Assembly: GCA_963691875.1 (NCBI GenBank)
Contig: OY829846.1
Coordinates: forward strand, 1,408,001 to 1,472,000
Direction of reading: 5' to 3'
Length of the DNA stretch: 64,000 nucleotides
DNA from: Aureliella sp.
GTDB taxonomy: Bacteria; Planctomycetota; Planctomycetia; Pirellulales; Pirellulaceae
Shown here: in pieces, positions 31,006 through 41,574 of the stretch
How positions within the stretch are numbered: the first letter of the stretch is position 1
How the letters are laid out: each line of letters begins with the position of its first letter
Made by a program: the position numbers and the translations under genes
Notes under the pieces: model-generated
The model's input: the letters and a program-made list of their open reading frames with translations, nothing else
Databases searched by the model: none
Told to the model about the DNA's origin: nothing

Positions 31006-33933
31006 CTATTCTAGGTATCGGAAATCAAGTGATGCAAACATGGAGTGAACAACCTGCGTCCAGCGTTTCTCGAGCTCTTGAGTATCGGTTCCGTCGGTTT
31101 GGAGGAAGCCAAGGAGCAAACTGCTTTCCTTCGGGTCTGGTTCCCGGCCAAAGCAGCGCAGGTACAAAAGTCTAATCCGCTCGGCGTCACCCAATTCCGA
31201 AGGAGCTTGATCTTCAAACTCCGATTCCACCCCTCGACTTTCAGCCATAATTCGCTTGGCCGTTTTTTTCGCTCGTGCGACAACCCAAGGGTGGTTCATC
31301 AGCACGAGACCTTGTGTGGCGACAGTGCTTCGCGGCCGCTCACCAATAGAAACGCTGGTGTCAGCAAAATCGAATGCTTCATACAATTCCGGGAGTGAAT
31401 TGCGAAAGACAGGCTGGTAGACTGCTCGCCGCGCACCTTCATGCTTGTAGTTGTAATCTGCTTTCGTTCCAGACTTGATCAATGATCCTCCGATTTTATG
31501 TGCAATCTCGCCGCTAACCGAAAGCATCGCGTCCCGCATAGCCTCGACACCGAGTCGACGCCTTGCTGCTCGCCAGTACAGCGAATTCTGGGGATCCATT
31601 TCTTCCATCTCGGCATAGCCTCCATCGACTCTCTGGGCTGGGCTAGATTGTCGCTGATAAGCATCCGACAGTACAATGCTTTTAACCAGAGCCTTTGTTG
31701 ACCAAGCAGATTGCTTGAGTTTCATTGCCAGACCGTCCAGCAGCTCAGGATGTGTTGGGGCTTGTCCTGTAGTTCCAAAATTATTGGGGGTCGAAACGAG
31801 TCCACGTCCCATCAACCACAGCCAAACACGATTGGCGTAGACTCGGGCGCTGAGTGGGTTTTGGTCGGCTACCAACCAGCGAGCCAGTTCTAACCTTCCA
31901 CTGGACTCATCCGAGAGCGATTCCGTAAGACTTGGCTTGACAGCTGTCAGAAATCCGCGCGGTACGGTCCCGCCCAAGTTATGGACATCACCACGTATAT
32001 GGACCGGGATATTCCGTACTTTGCCCGTTTCTCGGACTGTCAGGTATTTCTGCTGCGGCGAGAGCTTGCTCTGCAGCGAGTCTCGCTCGGCTTCTAGGGA
32101 CTTCACTTCTTGGCGAAGCCCTTCAAGTTCAACCAGATCTTCTTTGCTAGTTGCCTTACGAGAAGGGACTGCCTTGCCCTTTTCGTACAAAATCCAATTT
32201 ACGGCATCGGCGATGACGGCGCCATCGTTGTTGCTTGCAAAAAGGGTGACAGCGTTCTCTTTGCCTTTATCAAACTGAAACTTGCCTAGACTGAACCATG
32301 ACTCACCTCTTGCCAGCTTGCGTTGATCAACAACGACTTCGCTTGTGCCGTCCGAGTGCTGAACTTGGTACTTTGCCTTGGAAGTACGGTTGGAATTTGG
32401 AGTAAACGCAACGCGGACTTCGTACTCGCCGGCTTTCTTGAATTTTGTCGAGAAGATGGCTTGTAGTGGCTCGGTCGCCACTCCCATTTCGGCAACCAAG
32501 TAGGACTTGCCGATATAACCTGTGACACTTTGAGAGGCTCGCCAACTCCCAACTAACTTCGCGTCGATGTCATCAACGACAATTCCCGGTGCGATCTGCG
32601 ATTGGTTCGCGATTTGCTCCATTTTGGAAAGCAGCTTTGTTTTCGCTTGCAGCTGTTTCTGCGATGCAGTTATTTGATCTTGAATAACTTTGCGGCGAGA
32701 CTCTTCCTCTTCACTGACCGGAAGCGGGGTCTCGATCCACTTTGAGACATTCTCATGATCCATCGCTTTAGCGGAACGAAAGATTCCGGCGAGCGCGTAA
32801 TAATCGGCTGTCGGGATCGGATCAAACTTGTGATCATGACAGCGAGCGCAGCCGATGGTTTGGCCAAGAAAAGCTCTTCCCAGCACTTGCAGTTGTTCAT
32901 CGATATGGTCCATGTCCAACTGCGTTTTGTCTTGTCGCTCTAGGTTGGTGTTGCCGAGCGCCAGAAAGCCCGTAGCGATGACTTGCCGCTGTTGTTGTAG
33001 CAGGTCTACTCCCTCGCGCGGCAGCATATCGCCGGCAACTTGTTCGATGACCACCTGATCGAAGGGACGATCTGCATTGAATGCTTCGATCAAATAGTCG
33101 CGATATCGCCATGCTTCCGGCAAAACGAATCCGCGCAAGGTGATCGAGTCGGCGTATCGGACCACGTCCATCCATTTGCGAGCGAAGTGTTCGCCGAAAC
33201 GCGGCGATTCAAGTAGTTCGTCAACTAACTGATCGTAGCGATTCGAGGCCGTAGAACGCAGATACGCATCGAGCTGTTCTTTTGTTGGCGGGAGACCTGT
33301 CAAATCAAAATACAACCGCCGCACAAGAACGCGTTCGGAGGCTTTTTCGAGAGGCTCGTACTCCGCCTCGCGTAGCTGCAGTTCGATTAGCCGATCGATC
33401 CAATCCGATGCAGAAGCCAGTTCCTCCGGGAGCGGTCGAATGGGACGGTAGGACCAATGTTCTTGAGCACGATCGACGGGTAAGCCGGATTGACGCTCGA
33501 TACTCCCTTCGCCACGCCGAGGATCGATTGCTCCGTAGTAGATCCATTGTCGAAACGCGTCAGACACTTCAGCCGGTAACTTGCCGTCGGGCGGCATTTG
33601 TAATTCAGGATCCTCATAAGATATAGCTTTGAAGAGAAGACTTTCCGCAGGCTTACCCGGAACGATAGCCGCACCGGAATCACCGCCAGCTTGCCACCCA
33701 TCACGAGAATCCAGCAGCAGTCCACCACTAGACTCCGAATCGACTGCATGACAGTCTTGACAGTGCTCGATCAAGGCGGGCCGAATCTTTTTCTCGAACC
33801 ATTGCAGCTTCTCTGAATCATCAGCTCGAGCACTGGGTCTGATGGCGATCAAACTAAGAGCTAACAGGCAAAATGCAATGCAGCGCAAAACTAGCGGAAT
33901 GTTTCTCACTGGAATTGAGAACGAGGGCAGCAT
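31006..33933 (-). CDS. Planctomycete cytochrome c / DUF1549 / DUF1553 (PSD1) protein with an inserted beta-sandwich module
   Basis: CQDCH...MPP, HWSY, RRLYFDLTGLPP, CARCHDHKFDPI, NRVWLWLMGRG, PTHPELLD. Confidence 0.93.
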   Translation of the reverse strand: MLPSFSIPVRNIPLVLRCIAFCLLALSLIAIRPSARADDSEKLQWFEKKIRPALIEHCQDCHAVDSESSGGLLLDSRDGWQAGGDSGAAIVPGKPAESLLFKAISYEDPELQMPPDGKLPAEVSDAFRQWIYYGAIDPRRGEGSIERQSGLPVDRAQEHWSYRPIRPLPEELASASDWIDRLIELQLREAEYEPLEKASERVLVRRLYFDLTGLPPTKEQLDAYLRSTASNRYDQLVDELLESPRFGEHFARKWMDVVRYADSITLRGFVLPEAWRYRDYLIEAFNADRPFDQVVIEQVAGDMLPREGVDLLQQQRQVIATGFLALGNTNLERQDKTQLDMDHIDEQLQVLGRAFLGQTIGCARCHDHKFDPIPTADYYALAGIFRSAKAMDHENVSKWIETPLPVSEEEESRRKVIQDQITASQKQLQAKTKLLSKMEQIANQSQIAPGIVVDDIDAKLVGSWRASQSVTGYIGKSYLVAEMGVATEPLQAIFSTKFKKAGEYEVRVAFTPNSNRTSKAKYQVQHSDGTSEVVVDQRKLARGESWFSLGKFQFDKGKENAVTLFASNNDGAVIADAVNWILYEKGKAVPSRKATSKEDLVELEGLRQEVKSLEAERDSLQSKLSPQQKYLTVRETGKVRNIPVHIRGDVHNLGGTVPRGFLTAVKPSLTESLSDESSGRLELARWLVADQNPLSARVYANRVWLWLMGRGLVSTPNNFGTTGQAPTHPELLDGLAMKLKQSAWSTKALVKSIVLSDAYQRQSSPAQRVDGGYAEMEEMDPQNSLYWRAARRRLGVEAMRDAMLSVSGEIAHKIGGSLIKSGTKADYNYKHEGARRAVYQPVFRNSLPELYEAFDFADTSVSIGERPRSTVATQGLVLMNHPWVVARAKKTAKRIMAESRGVESEFEDQAPSELGDAERIRLLYLRCFGREPDPKESSLLLGFLQTDGTDTQELEKRWTQVVHSMFASLDFRYLE

Positions 33934-34247
33934 GCGCAGAATTATCTTAGGCGGGATTAAGGTCGGAACTCAGTCAGCGGCTCGCGAAAACTATTAGCTA
34001 TTCTACAGCAAATATGTTGGTGGAATCAATTTTGCTTATTTGGTTGCGAGCGTTTTCAGAGATTCAAACTAGCTAAATTTAGCTGTATAGCATAGCGACG
34101 GTTCTCTCGCTAACATCCATCGCTAGGGCCAATACGGCTGAACCGCAGAATACTGCGGCATAACCCCTGATCTGCCCTGATCTCAGTCAACGGGAGCCAA
34201 GCATGGAATGAACCTTGGAAGAAACACTTCACAGCCTTGAAAGGCTA

Positions 34248-34305
34248 ACGCTCCGAACTCCTTGCTCCCGCACTACGTGTGGGCCAACTCGGAAAGGGAG
34301 CGTGA
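34248..34305 (+). repeat. REP-like structured element, copy A
   Basis: About 42/60 identical to the reverse complement of 57661-57720; terminal stem ACGCTCC/GGAGCGT and inner hairpin CCCGCAC-TAC-GTGTGGG. Confidence 0.7.
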
Positions 34306-34378
34306 CGAATACCTTGCATCTTCATCCTGCCTCAGAGCGAAAGGCTCCAGCTAGCGTGTACTGCCATCAGCAATCGCT

Positions 34379-35665
34379 TTACCGCAATTTACGCTTCTTT
34401 GCGAGAGCTTCGAAGCGATCTTTGAAGAGATCAGATAACTGGTGCTCGTTAAGCATTTTGCAAACTGTGGAGAGTGTGAGATAAAGTTCGGGGTGTTCGG
34501 GCAGTGCCTTTCGAGCAAACATCAAGTCCTTTTTGGCTTTGGCCCATTCACCTCGCTTGGCATAAATCTGCCCACGCGTCTCCCAGAACTGCGTCTTCTT
34601 CCCAGCTTTCTCGACAAGTTCATTGGCGTACTTCAAAGCCAGATCCAAATCTCCGTCCTTCGGGACTGCTGTGTAGTGAGCCAAGTTATTGAGCACCCCA
34701 AGATCTTCCGGTTTTTGTTCGTAGACTCTCCCAAGCAATTCCAAGCCTACGCCATAGCACTGCACCTCGCACAATGTCGATCCTAGCTGAAAGCCCTTTC
34801 CATTTGAGAGAGACAGCTCTTTCAATGGCATACATAACGCAACCCGCTGTTCTATATCTAGCTGCTGGAGATCGATGATCGACTGTAGTAGCCGGGCCCA
34901 GTGCGATTCAGCACTAGAGCCTCTTTTGTAGGCAACCAAAGCTTTTTCGAAACTGGTTCCCCATTCCTGGCGCTGGCTGAGATACTGCGACCAGCGGAGG
35001 TAGAAATTGTCAATCAACTCTGAGGCAAACTTCTCACCCTGCCGCTCACGCGTTAGCAGGTGTTTTTCGATTGTTTTAAAATCCTCTAAGAACTCCAAGC
35101 TGTCCAACCAGAAGAGTTCCGCATCTGAACCGGGCTTCTCAGTTCGAGCCAGGTCAATAAGCTCCTTCGATGCTTGCTGAGCTTCTTTCCGTGCCTCGGG
35201 AACCTGGTTGAGCGCTAGCAGAGTCCGAGCGTAAAGAAGGCGAAGTTCTCCAGCCTCATCCGCCACCAATTTCAACTCTTCTGCAGCTTCGCTGAATTCT
35301 CTTGCGGCGAAGAGAATCTCACCTAAGTAACGGTGACAGATCCCAGCATTACTTTTATCCTTTGCAGCTCCTCTGAGATGCTGAACAAGCTCAACCGCTT
35401 TCTCCGGAGCATTCCCGCTAGCGACTATCTCGTGCGCCAAATCGAAGTGGCATTCGGCAATCGTCTTGCCGGTCGTGATCGCCATCAATCCAGCCGTTCG
35501 ATTCGCCTCAACGCTGCGTTTTTGAATAGCATCGCGGAAATTCGACGAGACATTTCCCAGCGTCTTCTTGGAAATTACTAAGACGTCCGCGCGCAATGGC
35601 GCAGATGTCGAGAGCACAAGCAGAACGACGATTAGTTTGACGGAAAGCGTGCGTAGAAAATTCAT
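34379..35665 (-). CDS. Exported TPR-repeat protein
   Basis: Signal peptide; TPR-like VLNNLAH and WETRGQIYAKRGEW. Confidence 0.8.
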   Translation of the reverse strand: MNFLRTLSVKLIVVLLVLSTSAPLRADVLVISKKTLGNVSSNFRDAIQKRSVEANRTAGLMAITTGKTIAECHFDLAHEIVASGNAPEKAVELVQHLRGAAKDKSNAGICHRYLGEILFAAREFSEAAEELKLVADEAGELRLLYARTLLALNQVPEARKEAQQASKELIDLARTEKPGSDAELFWLDSLEFLEDFKTIEKHLLTRERQGEKFASELIDNFYLRWSQYLSQRQEWGTSFEKALVAYKRGSSAESHWARLLQSIIDLQQLDIEQRVALCMPLKELSLSNGKGFQLGSTLCEVQCYGVGLELLGRVYEQKPEDLGVLNNLAHYTAVPKDGDLDLALKYANELVEKAGKKTQFWETRGQIYAKRGEWAKAKKDLMFARKALPEHPELYLTLSTVCKMLNEHQLSDLFKDRFEALAKKRKLR

Positions 35666-35845
35666 GTGGATGGAAGAAGAGAAGGTGAAGAGTTTTCAGC
35701 CAGTTGAGTCCTGGTTTGTAGCCCGTCATCAATAGGCCTAGCTCCGATTATATCGCGACAGGCATTTTTAACGAATCGACGACGCCTTTTTTACAGTGCT
35801 TTCAGCGAATCTTTATAGATTTGCAGAAGCATACGCACTGGGACA

Positions 35846-36988
35846 CTAAAGTTTGCTGGGATCAAGAACGGCGTGTTTGATGGATTGGCGCTGCCAGGTG
35901 TAGGTTATGTGAACGAGTCCGTCTTTTGATTGAATCACGGCCGGATAAGAGAACTCGGCACGGCCGCCGACCATTTCAAGAGTCATGACCCGTTTCCAAC
36001 CCACACCATCAGCACTGATCGCGACGTTTAACACTTCACGCCCGTTGCGGCCAGGCTGTCTTGTCGAGTGATTGTAAACCAGCAGCTGCCTTCCATCTTG
36101 GAGCGTTACGGCGTCGGTGCCAGCGTTGGGGTTCGGCAGCTTGGTCGACTTCATCTCCCCCCAAGTCTTTCCGCCGTCTGGCGACCAAGCAGTTCCGAGA
36201 ACTCCCTGTTGGGTTCGACATATGATCTGCATGCGACCATCTTTATAAGTCAGGACGCTTGGCTGAATCGCATCCAGTTTCTCCCCTTCCAGCAACGGAC
36301 CGATAACTTTCCAAGACTTCCCCGCGTCCTTGGAAACTTCAAAGTGAATTCGCCAACCTTCGTTCTCAGTACTACTTGGGCAGAGCAGAGTTCCATCCCG
36401 CAGTTGTATTGGCTTGTTCTTAACCGGCCCGATCAGGTTTTTGTTGGCTTTGAAAAGTTTTTGACTCTTACCAAGCCGACGCGACGTTGACCAAGTCACA
36501 CCATCGTCGTCGCTGCTGACTAGCGCACCCCACCAGAGTCGAGGGTTCAGTCCGACTTTGTAGAAAAGCAGAAGCTTGCCCGAGGCCGTTCGGAAAAGCA
36601 CAGGATTCCAGCAAGCATATTCTTGCTCTTCATTCTCTGAACCGTCGACGATCTGAACTGGCTTGCTCCAGCCATTGCCTGGATTCCGGCTCAACCAAAT
36701 CCCCACATCAGGATTCTTTTCGTGCTTTCCGCCAAACCAAGCGGCGACCAAGCCGCTTGGCGTTTCGACAATTGTGGACGCATGACAGGACGGCGTTGGG
36801 CGATCGGCTACATCGTAAATGAATGCGCTGGTTTTCAGCGCGCCCTGCCCTGGCTTCGCGGGTTCTGGAAGAGAAGAATCGCCCTCCTGCGAAAACGCGG
36901 TTGTTGGGAAAATGCAGCTCAAAAACGCACAGGCCTGCAAAACGGTTAGCTGTTGAAGTAGCTGTTTCGGTTCTGAAATGGCAAGCAT
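35846..36988 (-). CDS. Sialidase-like BNR-repeat protein
   Basis: CHASTI, Asp-boxes SDDDGVTW, SKDAGKSW and SPDGGKTW, GPVKNKP, FSYPAVIQ. Confidence 0.88.
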   Translation of the reverse strand: MLAISEPKQLLQQLTVLQACAFLSCIFPTTAFSQEGDSSLPEPAKPGQGALKTSAFIYDVADRPTPSCHASTIVETPSGLVAAWFGGKHEKNPDVGIWLSRNPGNGWSKPVQIVDGSENEEQEYACWNPVLFRTASGKLLLFYKVGLNPRLWWGALVSSDDDGVTWSTSRRLGKSQKLFKANKNLIGPVKNKPIQLRDGTLLCPSSTENEGWRIHFEVSKDAGKSWKVIGPLLEGEKLDAIQPSVLTYKDGRMQIICRTQQGVLGTAWSPDGGKTWGEMKSTKLPNPNAGTDAVTLQDGRQLLVYNHSTRQPGRNGREVLNVAISADGVGWKRVMTLEMVGGRAEFSYPAVIQSKDGLVHITYTWQRQSIKHAVLDPSKL

Positions 36989-37257
36989 GTAGACCTCGAA
37001 GTCATCCAGCGGTGCGGGAAGTGTTTGCGATTTAGCGGGTCACAATATCGTATCAGTTTCCATGGCCCTGCGTCAGATTCCTCCCTGCCAAAATCGACCA
37101 ATCAGGGCTATACTCGTTGCCCGCTTTTAGCAAAACAGAACAATCAATTGAGCGACAGTACGATCCGCAACACGCTATGATTGCGATTCAACGAATGCAG
37201 TCTACCTCACCGTTCTAAAACTCGACTTAATCTCCGACTCACAACGCGGTTATCAGA

Positions 37258-38775
37258 ATGCCGAATTTCGAAAAAACCTCCAGGTCTTTTGCTCTCTTTG
37301 TTTGCATTGTTGCCTTGAACGCATTTTCCTCTCGTCAGGTCCATGCCGCCGAGCCTGCGAATGAGAAAGCGAGGCCCAATATTTTATTTATCTTTCTCGA
37401 TGACTACGGCTGGCGTGATGCAGGCTTTATGGGTTCGGATTTCTATGAAACTCCCCATATCGACAGGCTTGCTGGCGAAGGGATGATTTTCACCAATGCC
37501 TATGCTGGCGCGGCAAATTGTGCCCCCTCGCGGGCTTGCCTTCTCTCCGGACAATACAGTCCACGTCATGAGATATACAACGTAGGGACCGGCCCTCGCG
37601 GCAGTGCAAAACATCGTCGACTTAAGCACATTCCTGGAACTGACGTATTGCGAACCGACATTCGCACCTGGGCGCATTGCATTCAAGACGCGGGCTACGC
37701 CACCGGAACAATCGGTAAATGGCACCTGAGCAAAGACCCACTGCCGTACGGTTTCGACTTTAATTTTGCGGGTACGCACTCGGGCAGTCCACCACGTGGC
37801 TACTTTCCGCCTCACCCCAATGCACCTGGACTCAAGAATGCTCCGAAAGATGAATATCTGACGGATCGTCTTTCCGATGAAGCGATTGGCTTTATCGAAC
37901 GGAATCAAGAGCAGCCTTGGCTGCTCTACTTGACGCATTTTGCTGTTCACACGCCGCTCCAAGCAAAGAAGGAAATTGAAGCCAAGTATCAGGAAAAGAA
38001 GCCTGGAAAACTACACGACAAACCAGTCATGGCTGCAATGATTGAAAGTGTCGATGAGGGCGTGGGGCGGATCCTGGCCAAGCTAGACGAACTCGGTCTG
38101 AGTGAGAACACGATTGTTGTTTTCACTTCCGACAACGGCGGCTATGGTCCAGCAACCGACATGCATCCTCTCAAAGGGTACAAAGGTACCTATTACGAAG
38201 GTGGCATTCGTGAACCCTTCTTCATTAAATGGCCAGGTGTCGTGGATGCGGGTAGCAAGTCCGATACACCAATCATCAACTTGGATATTTTTCCGACGCT
38301 GGTTGAGATGGCTGGTGCAAAAATGCCTAAACGGCCAGTTGACGGACAAAGCCTGCTCCCATTGCTTACCGGCAAAGGTAGCTTTGCGGAACGAAGCCTG
38401 TTTTGGCATTTCCCTGCTTACCTGCAAGGATACTCCAACATTGACGAGCAGCGTGATCCGTTATTTCGAACTCGCCCTTGCAGTGTGATTCGCGATGGAG
38501 ACTGGAAACTACACGAGTACTACGAAGACGGCTCGCTCGAACTCTACAACTTGCGTGATGACGTGGGAGAACAGAGAAATCTCGCCGAGGCAGAGAGGTC
38601 GGTAACAAAGCGTCTGCATGGCAAACTCGCTAGTTGGCGGAAGGAAATTGGAGCTCCAGTTCCGGCAGAGGCTAATCCAAGTTTCGATGCTGCTGCGGAA
38701 GCTTCCGCAATCAAAAAACTCGTTGAAGCAGCAAGGAAGAAGGCCAGCCGAGGCAAGAAGTCAAGAGACAAGTAG
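37258..38775 (+). CDS. Sulfatase (S1 family)
   Basis: PNILFIFLDDYG, CAPSR, GKWHL, FTSDNGG, YEGGIREP. Confidence 0.93.
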   Translation: MPNFEKTSRSFALFVCIVALNAFSSRQVHAAEPANEKARPNILFIFLDDYGWRDAGFMGSDFYETPHIDRLAGEGMIFTNAYAGAANCAPSRACLLSGQYSPRHEIYNVGTGPRGSAKHRRLKHIPGTDVLRTDIRTWAHCIQDAGYATGTIGKWHLSKDPLPYGFDFNFAGTHSGSPPRGYFPPHPNAPGLKNAPKDEYLTDRLSDEAIGFIERNQEQPWLLYLTHFAVHTPLQAKKEIEAKYQEKKPGKLHDKPVMAAMIESVDEGVGRILAKLDELGLSENTIVVFTSDNGGYGPATDMHPLKGYKGTYYEGGIREPFFIKWPGVVDAGSKSDTPIINLDIFPTLVEMAGAKMPKRPVDGQSLLPLLTGKGSFAERSLFWHFPAYLQGYSNIDEQRDPLFRTRPCSVIRDGDWKLHEYYEDGSLELYNLRDDVGEQRNLAEAERSVTKRLHGKLASWRKEIGAPVPAEANPSFDAAAEASAIKKLVEAARKKASRGKKSRDK

Positions 38776-38817
38776 CACAATCGGCAAGAACTTCCCAGCG
38801 AAAGCAGGTTCCTTTTC

Positions 38818-38833
38818 TGTGAAACGGATCACA
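38818..38833. promoter_or_regulatory. Perfect CRP-type box TGTGA-N6-TCACA
   Basis: TGTGA AACGGA TCACA, about 320 bp upstream of a Crp/Fnr gene remnant. Confidence 0.6.
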
Positions 38834-39150
38834 GTGAGGCTCGAACTCGGCGGGCACCTGCTTGCCTTCACCCGCCCTGCAATAGTAGCTTTGTGGAGTA
38901 GGTGACAATGGCATATAGGCTGAAAGAAATGGGGAGCTAGCTTGAATCTCAGTTCAGGCGGAATCGCCCTCTTCGGACTACTGGTGAGAAATCCGCCGAG
39001 CAGAACTGAACTTGAATTGCCGCATCTCGGTAGGATCAGAATCGGTTTCAAGTCGCGAGCCATCCACATAGAGAAGCTAGAGGCACTTTTCTAAGCATGG
39101 CGAGCGAGAGGAAGGGGCGTCTTTGCACGGTCAATATAGGAGCAGAGAGT

Positions 39151-39445
39151 ATGGCGCAGCAGTTTTGGCACGTTCGCAATTGTTCGCTTTTCCAGAAGTT
39201 GAATGATCGCCAGTTCGAATTCTTGGAAGAGAAAGCAAGGGTCAAGAAGTTCTCCAAAGGTGCCCCAATCTATTTACCAAGCGATATTGCAGACGGTACG
39301 TTCCTACTTGCCGAAGGTCGAGTTCGGATCGGTTCGACTACACCGGATGGCAAGCAGTGCATCTTGGGATTCGTAGAACCGGGAGAAATCTTCGGTGAGC
39401 TATCCTTGGTTGATTCAGGGAGCCGCGAAGAAAGAGCCGAAGCAG
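39151..39445 (+). pseudogene. Crp/Fnr regulator, N-terminal cNMP-binding part only
   Basis: CSLFQKL, GRVRI, PDGKQCIL, PGEIFGELSL, REERAEA; then homology is lost and there is no HTH. Confidence 0.8.
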
Positions 39446-39700
39446 CTTTCTTGTTTGCAGACGTTTCACATGATGACTGCTTACTTTGCCGATGAGCTCT
39501 CCGAGGCAAAAGTAGGCTTGGTGCACGATCATTTAAAGGACTGCCCTCACTGCCAGCGCAAGTATCAGGTGCAAGCAGATTTGCTCGGAAAGGAATTGCT
39601 GGTCAATTCTTTAACAACAGCACATAGCTTTAGCGTCGAGATCGCGCGCTTGCCCCGATTTTATTTTCACGTTAGGTGGTCTGCAGTGCCTTGTACTTGA
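39440..39700 (+). pseudogene. Anti-sigma zinc-finger (zf-HC2) fragment
   Basis: LSC...AYFADEL...HLKDCPHC (HxxxCxxC); has no start of its own and abuts the Crp fragment in another frame. Confidence 0.65.
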
Positions 39701-39776
39701 CTGTTAGCCTGTCACTGCTTCCGTTACATGTTTTATACGCCATGACTCGGGCGTTGGTGACTGTAGGTATAGGTAG

Positions 39777-40420
39777 ATGGCAGGAACAGCTCCAACTCCG
39801 AAAAAGTACTTGGCGACTGTTCCGCCCTAAGAGATCTTGCCAGTCCTAATGACCGTCACGAGTCAACGGTCATAGGCATCTATTCGATCGGAGATGTAAC
39901 CGGTCTCCCGCTCGTCATGGTCGCAGCCAATCAGGGCCGCGAAGTAATCGAGAAGCTCAGGCAGAGCTTTTCTTCCAACGAAGAGGCGTCTAGAAACGAA
40001 CCCGGCGCCTTGGATCTCGTTATCATCGGTGGCCGTCCAGCTCTTATCTGGGCGGCGGTCCGGCTGGAATCTCAGCGGCGTTAGAAGCTGCCAAGCGCGG
40101 TTGGAAGTATGTGGTGCCCACTTGCCTTCTGGATGAATTTCTGGGGACGCTGGTCAAAGTTCCAAATCGTGCCGGAGAAGGGCAAGTGCATCGACTGCAA
40201 CGTGTGCAATCAGTATTGCCAGATGGGTGTCGACATCAAATCGCGAGCCTTGCAGGGGCTGCCCGTGACACTGTTAGATACGCCTTGCGTGGGATGCGCA
40301 GAGTGCGTGATGCGTTGCCCGATGCAGATTTTGTATCTTGGAGAAGTTCCAAAAACGCCACCCGTTTTCGAGATCACAAATTTGTCGTCAGGAACCCCAT
40401 CTGACAGCAAGCCTTCATAA
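39777..40420 (+). pseudogene. FAD/NAD(P) oxidoreductase with 4Fe-4S dicluster domain, internally deleted
   Basis: Hand translation gives GIYSIGDVTGLPL...AANQG, DLVIIGG / GGPAGISAALEAAKRG (with a stop and frameshifts), joined directly to WCP...CIDCNVCNQYC...CVGCAECVMRCP. Confidence 0.75.
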
Positions 40421-41393
40421 GTGCCTCTAGAAAGAAGTACTACGGCGGATTTTATTGGATCGCAGTCGTCTCCTTTCTCGTTCCAGTATTCGTTGCCTTC
40501 AAAGGGTTAAACCTCGTACGGTCAACAACCAAGCCGACCCCAAATCCAGACGTTTCAGGCGTGGATCATAACTTGTGGGACTACTTGCTGCGAAGCTATG
40601 TGGAAAATGGGCTTGTGGACTACGAAGGCCTAGAGCGCGACTACTTATTCCAAACGTATCTGAAACAGCTTGCAAGTTTTAATCCCAAGGCTCTGAAGAC
40701 GGATGCAGAGAAACTTGTCCTGAATTGCGATGCCTACAACGCACTTGTGATGCAAGGTGTGATCAATCACAAGATTCATCGCAATGAGAAGAATGTGCTT
40801 GCTTTCGTTCCACCACCCATTGCAGCCAAGATTGCTAAGCTAGGGTCGCAGCTCGAGAAACTAGGCTCCAAATCGGATTCGCAAGACAGCGAAAAACTTC
40901 AAAACGAGATAAATCGACTTCAGGTAGCGGCGAACTTCTTTGGCTTGAAAGAGCACATCTTCGCCAATCAAACCATTTCGCTAGACCAACTGGAACACGA
41001 GATGATCCGGCCTATTTTCTCGGAACCAGGAGTTCACATCGCACTCGCTTGCGCTGCGAAGAGCTGCCCAGCGATTCGGTCTGAGGCCAACGTTGGCGAT
41101 CGGCTTGAAGAACAACTTCGGGATCAAGCCATACTTTTCGCCAATGACACGCGATATATTTCGTTTGACTCGAGTGCCAACAAAGTCCAACGAAGTCCCA
41201 TTCTCAATTGGCATGGCTGGCAGAACTGGTCCATGACAAGACCTTGAAGGAGAAACTCGACGCTGCCGACGATGTTAGTGCCCTAGTCCGTTTCAACACC
41301 TACGATTGGACTCGCAACTCCGCCGCTTCATCCACACATTCCAGTTCCGCGAGGGGCAGCAGTTTCGGTTCTGGCTCCGTGCCCACCGAGTAG
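40421..41393 (+). pseudogene. DUF547 family protein, degraded
   Basis: WDYLLRSYV..GLVDY, DAYN, LDQLEH, HIALACAAKSCP; start is out of frame, there is a frameshift near 41210, and the C-terminal YDW lies in a different frame. Confidence 0.75.
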
Positions 41394-41574
41394 GCAAAGA
41401 CGAAGCCATAGATCTGGTATGCTGCTACAGGTGGAAAAGGCGGTAGAGTCGGCAAGTACCGCTACCGTATGAGCAAACCGCCGACTCTTCCAACTAGATT
41501 ACGTTTCCCTTGAGCCGATAAGAGCTGCGACTCTCTGGATTCTTGGACGTTCACTTAACTTAACGGAATAAGTC

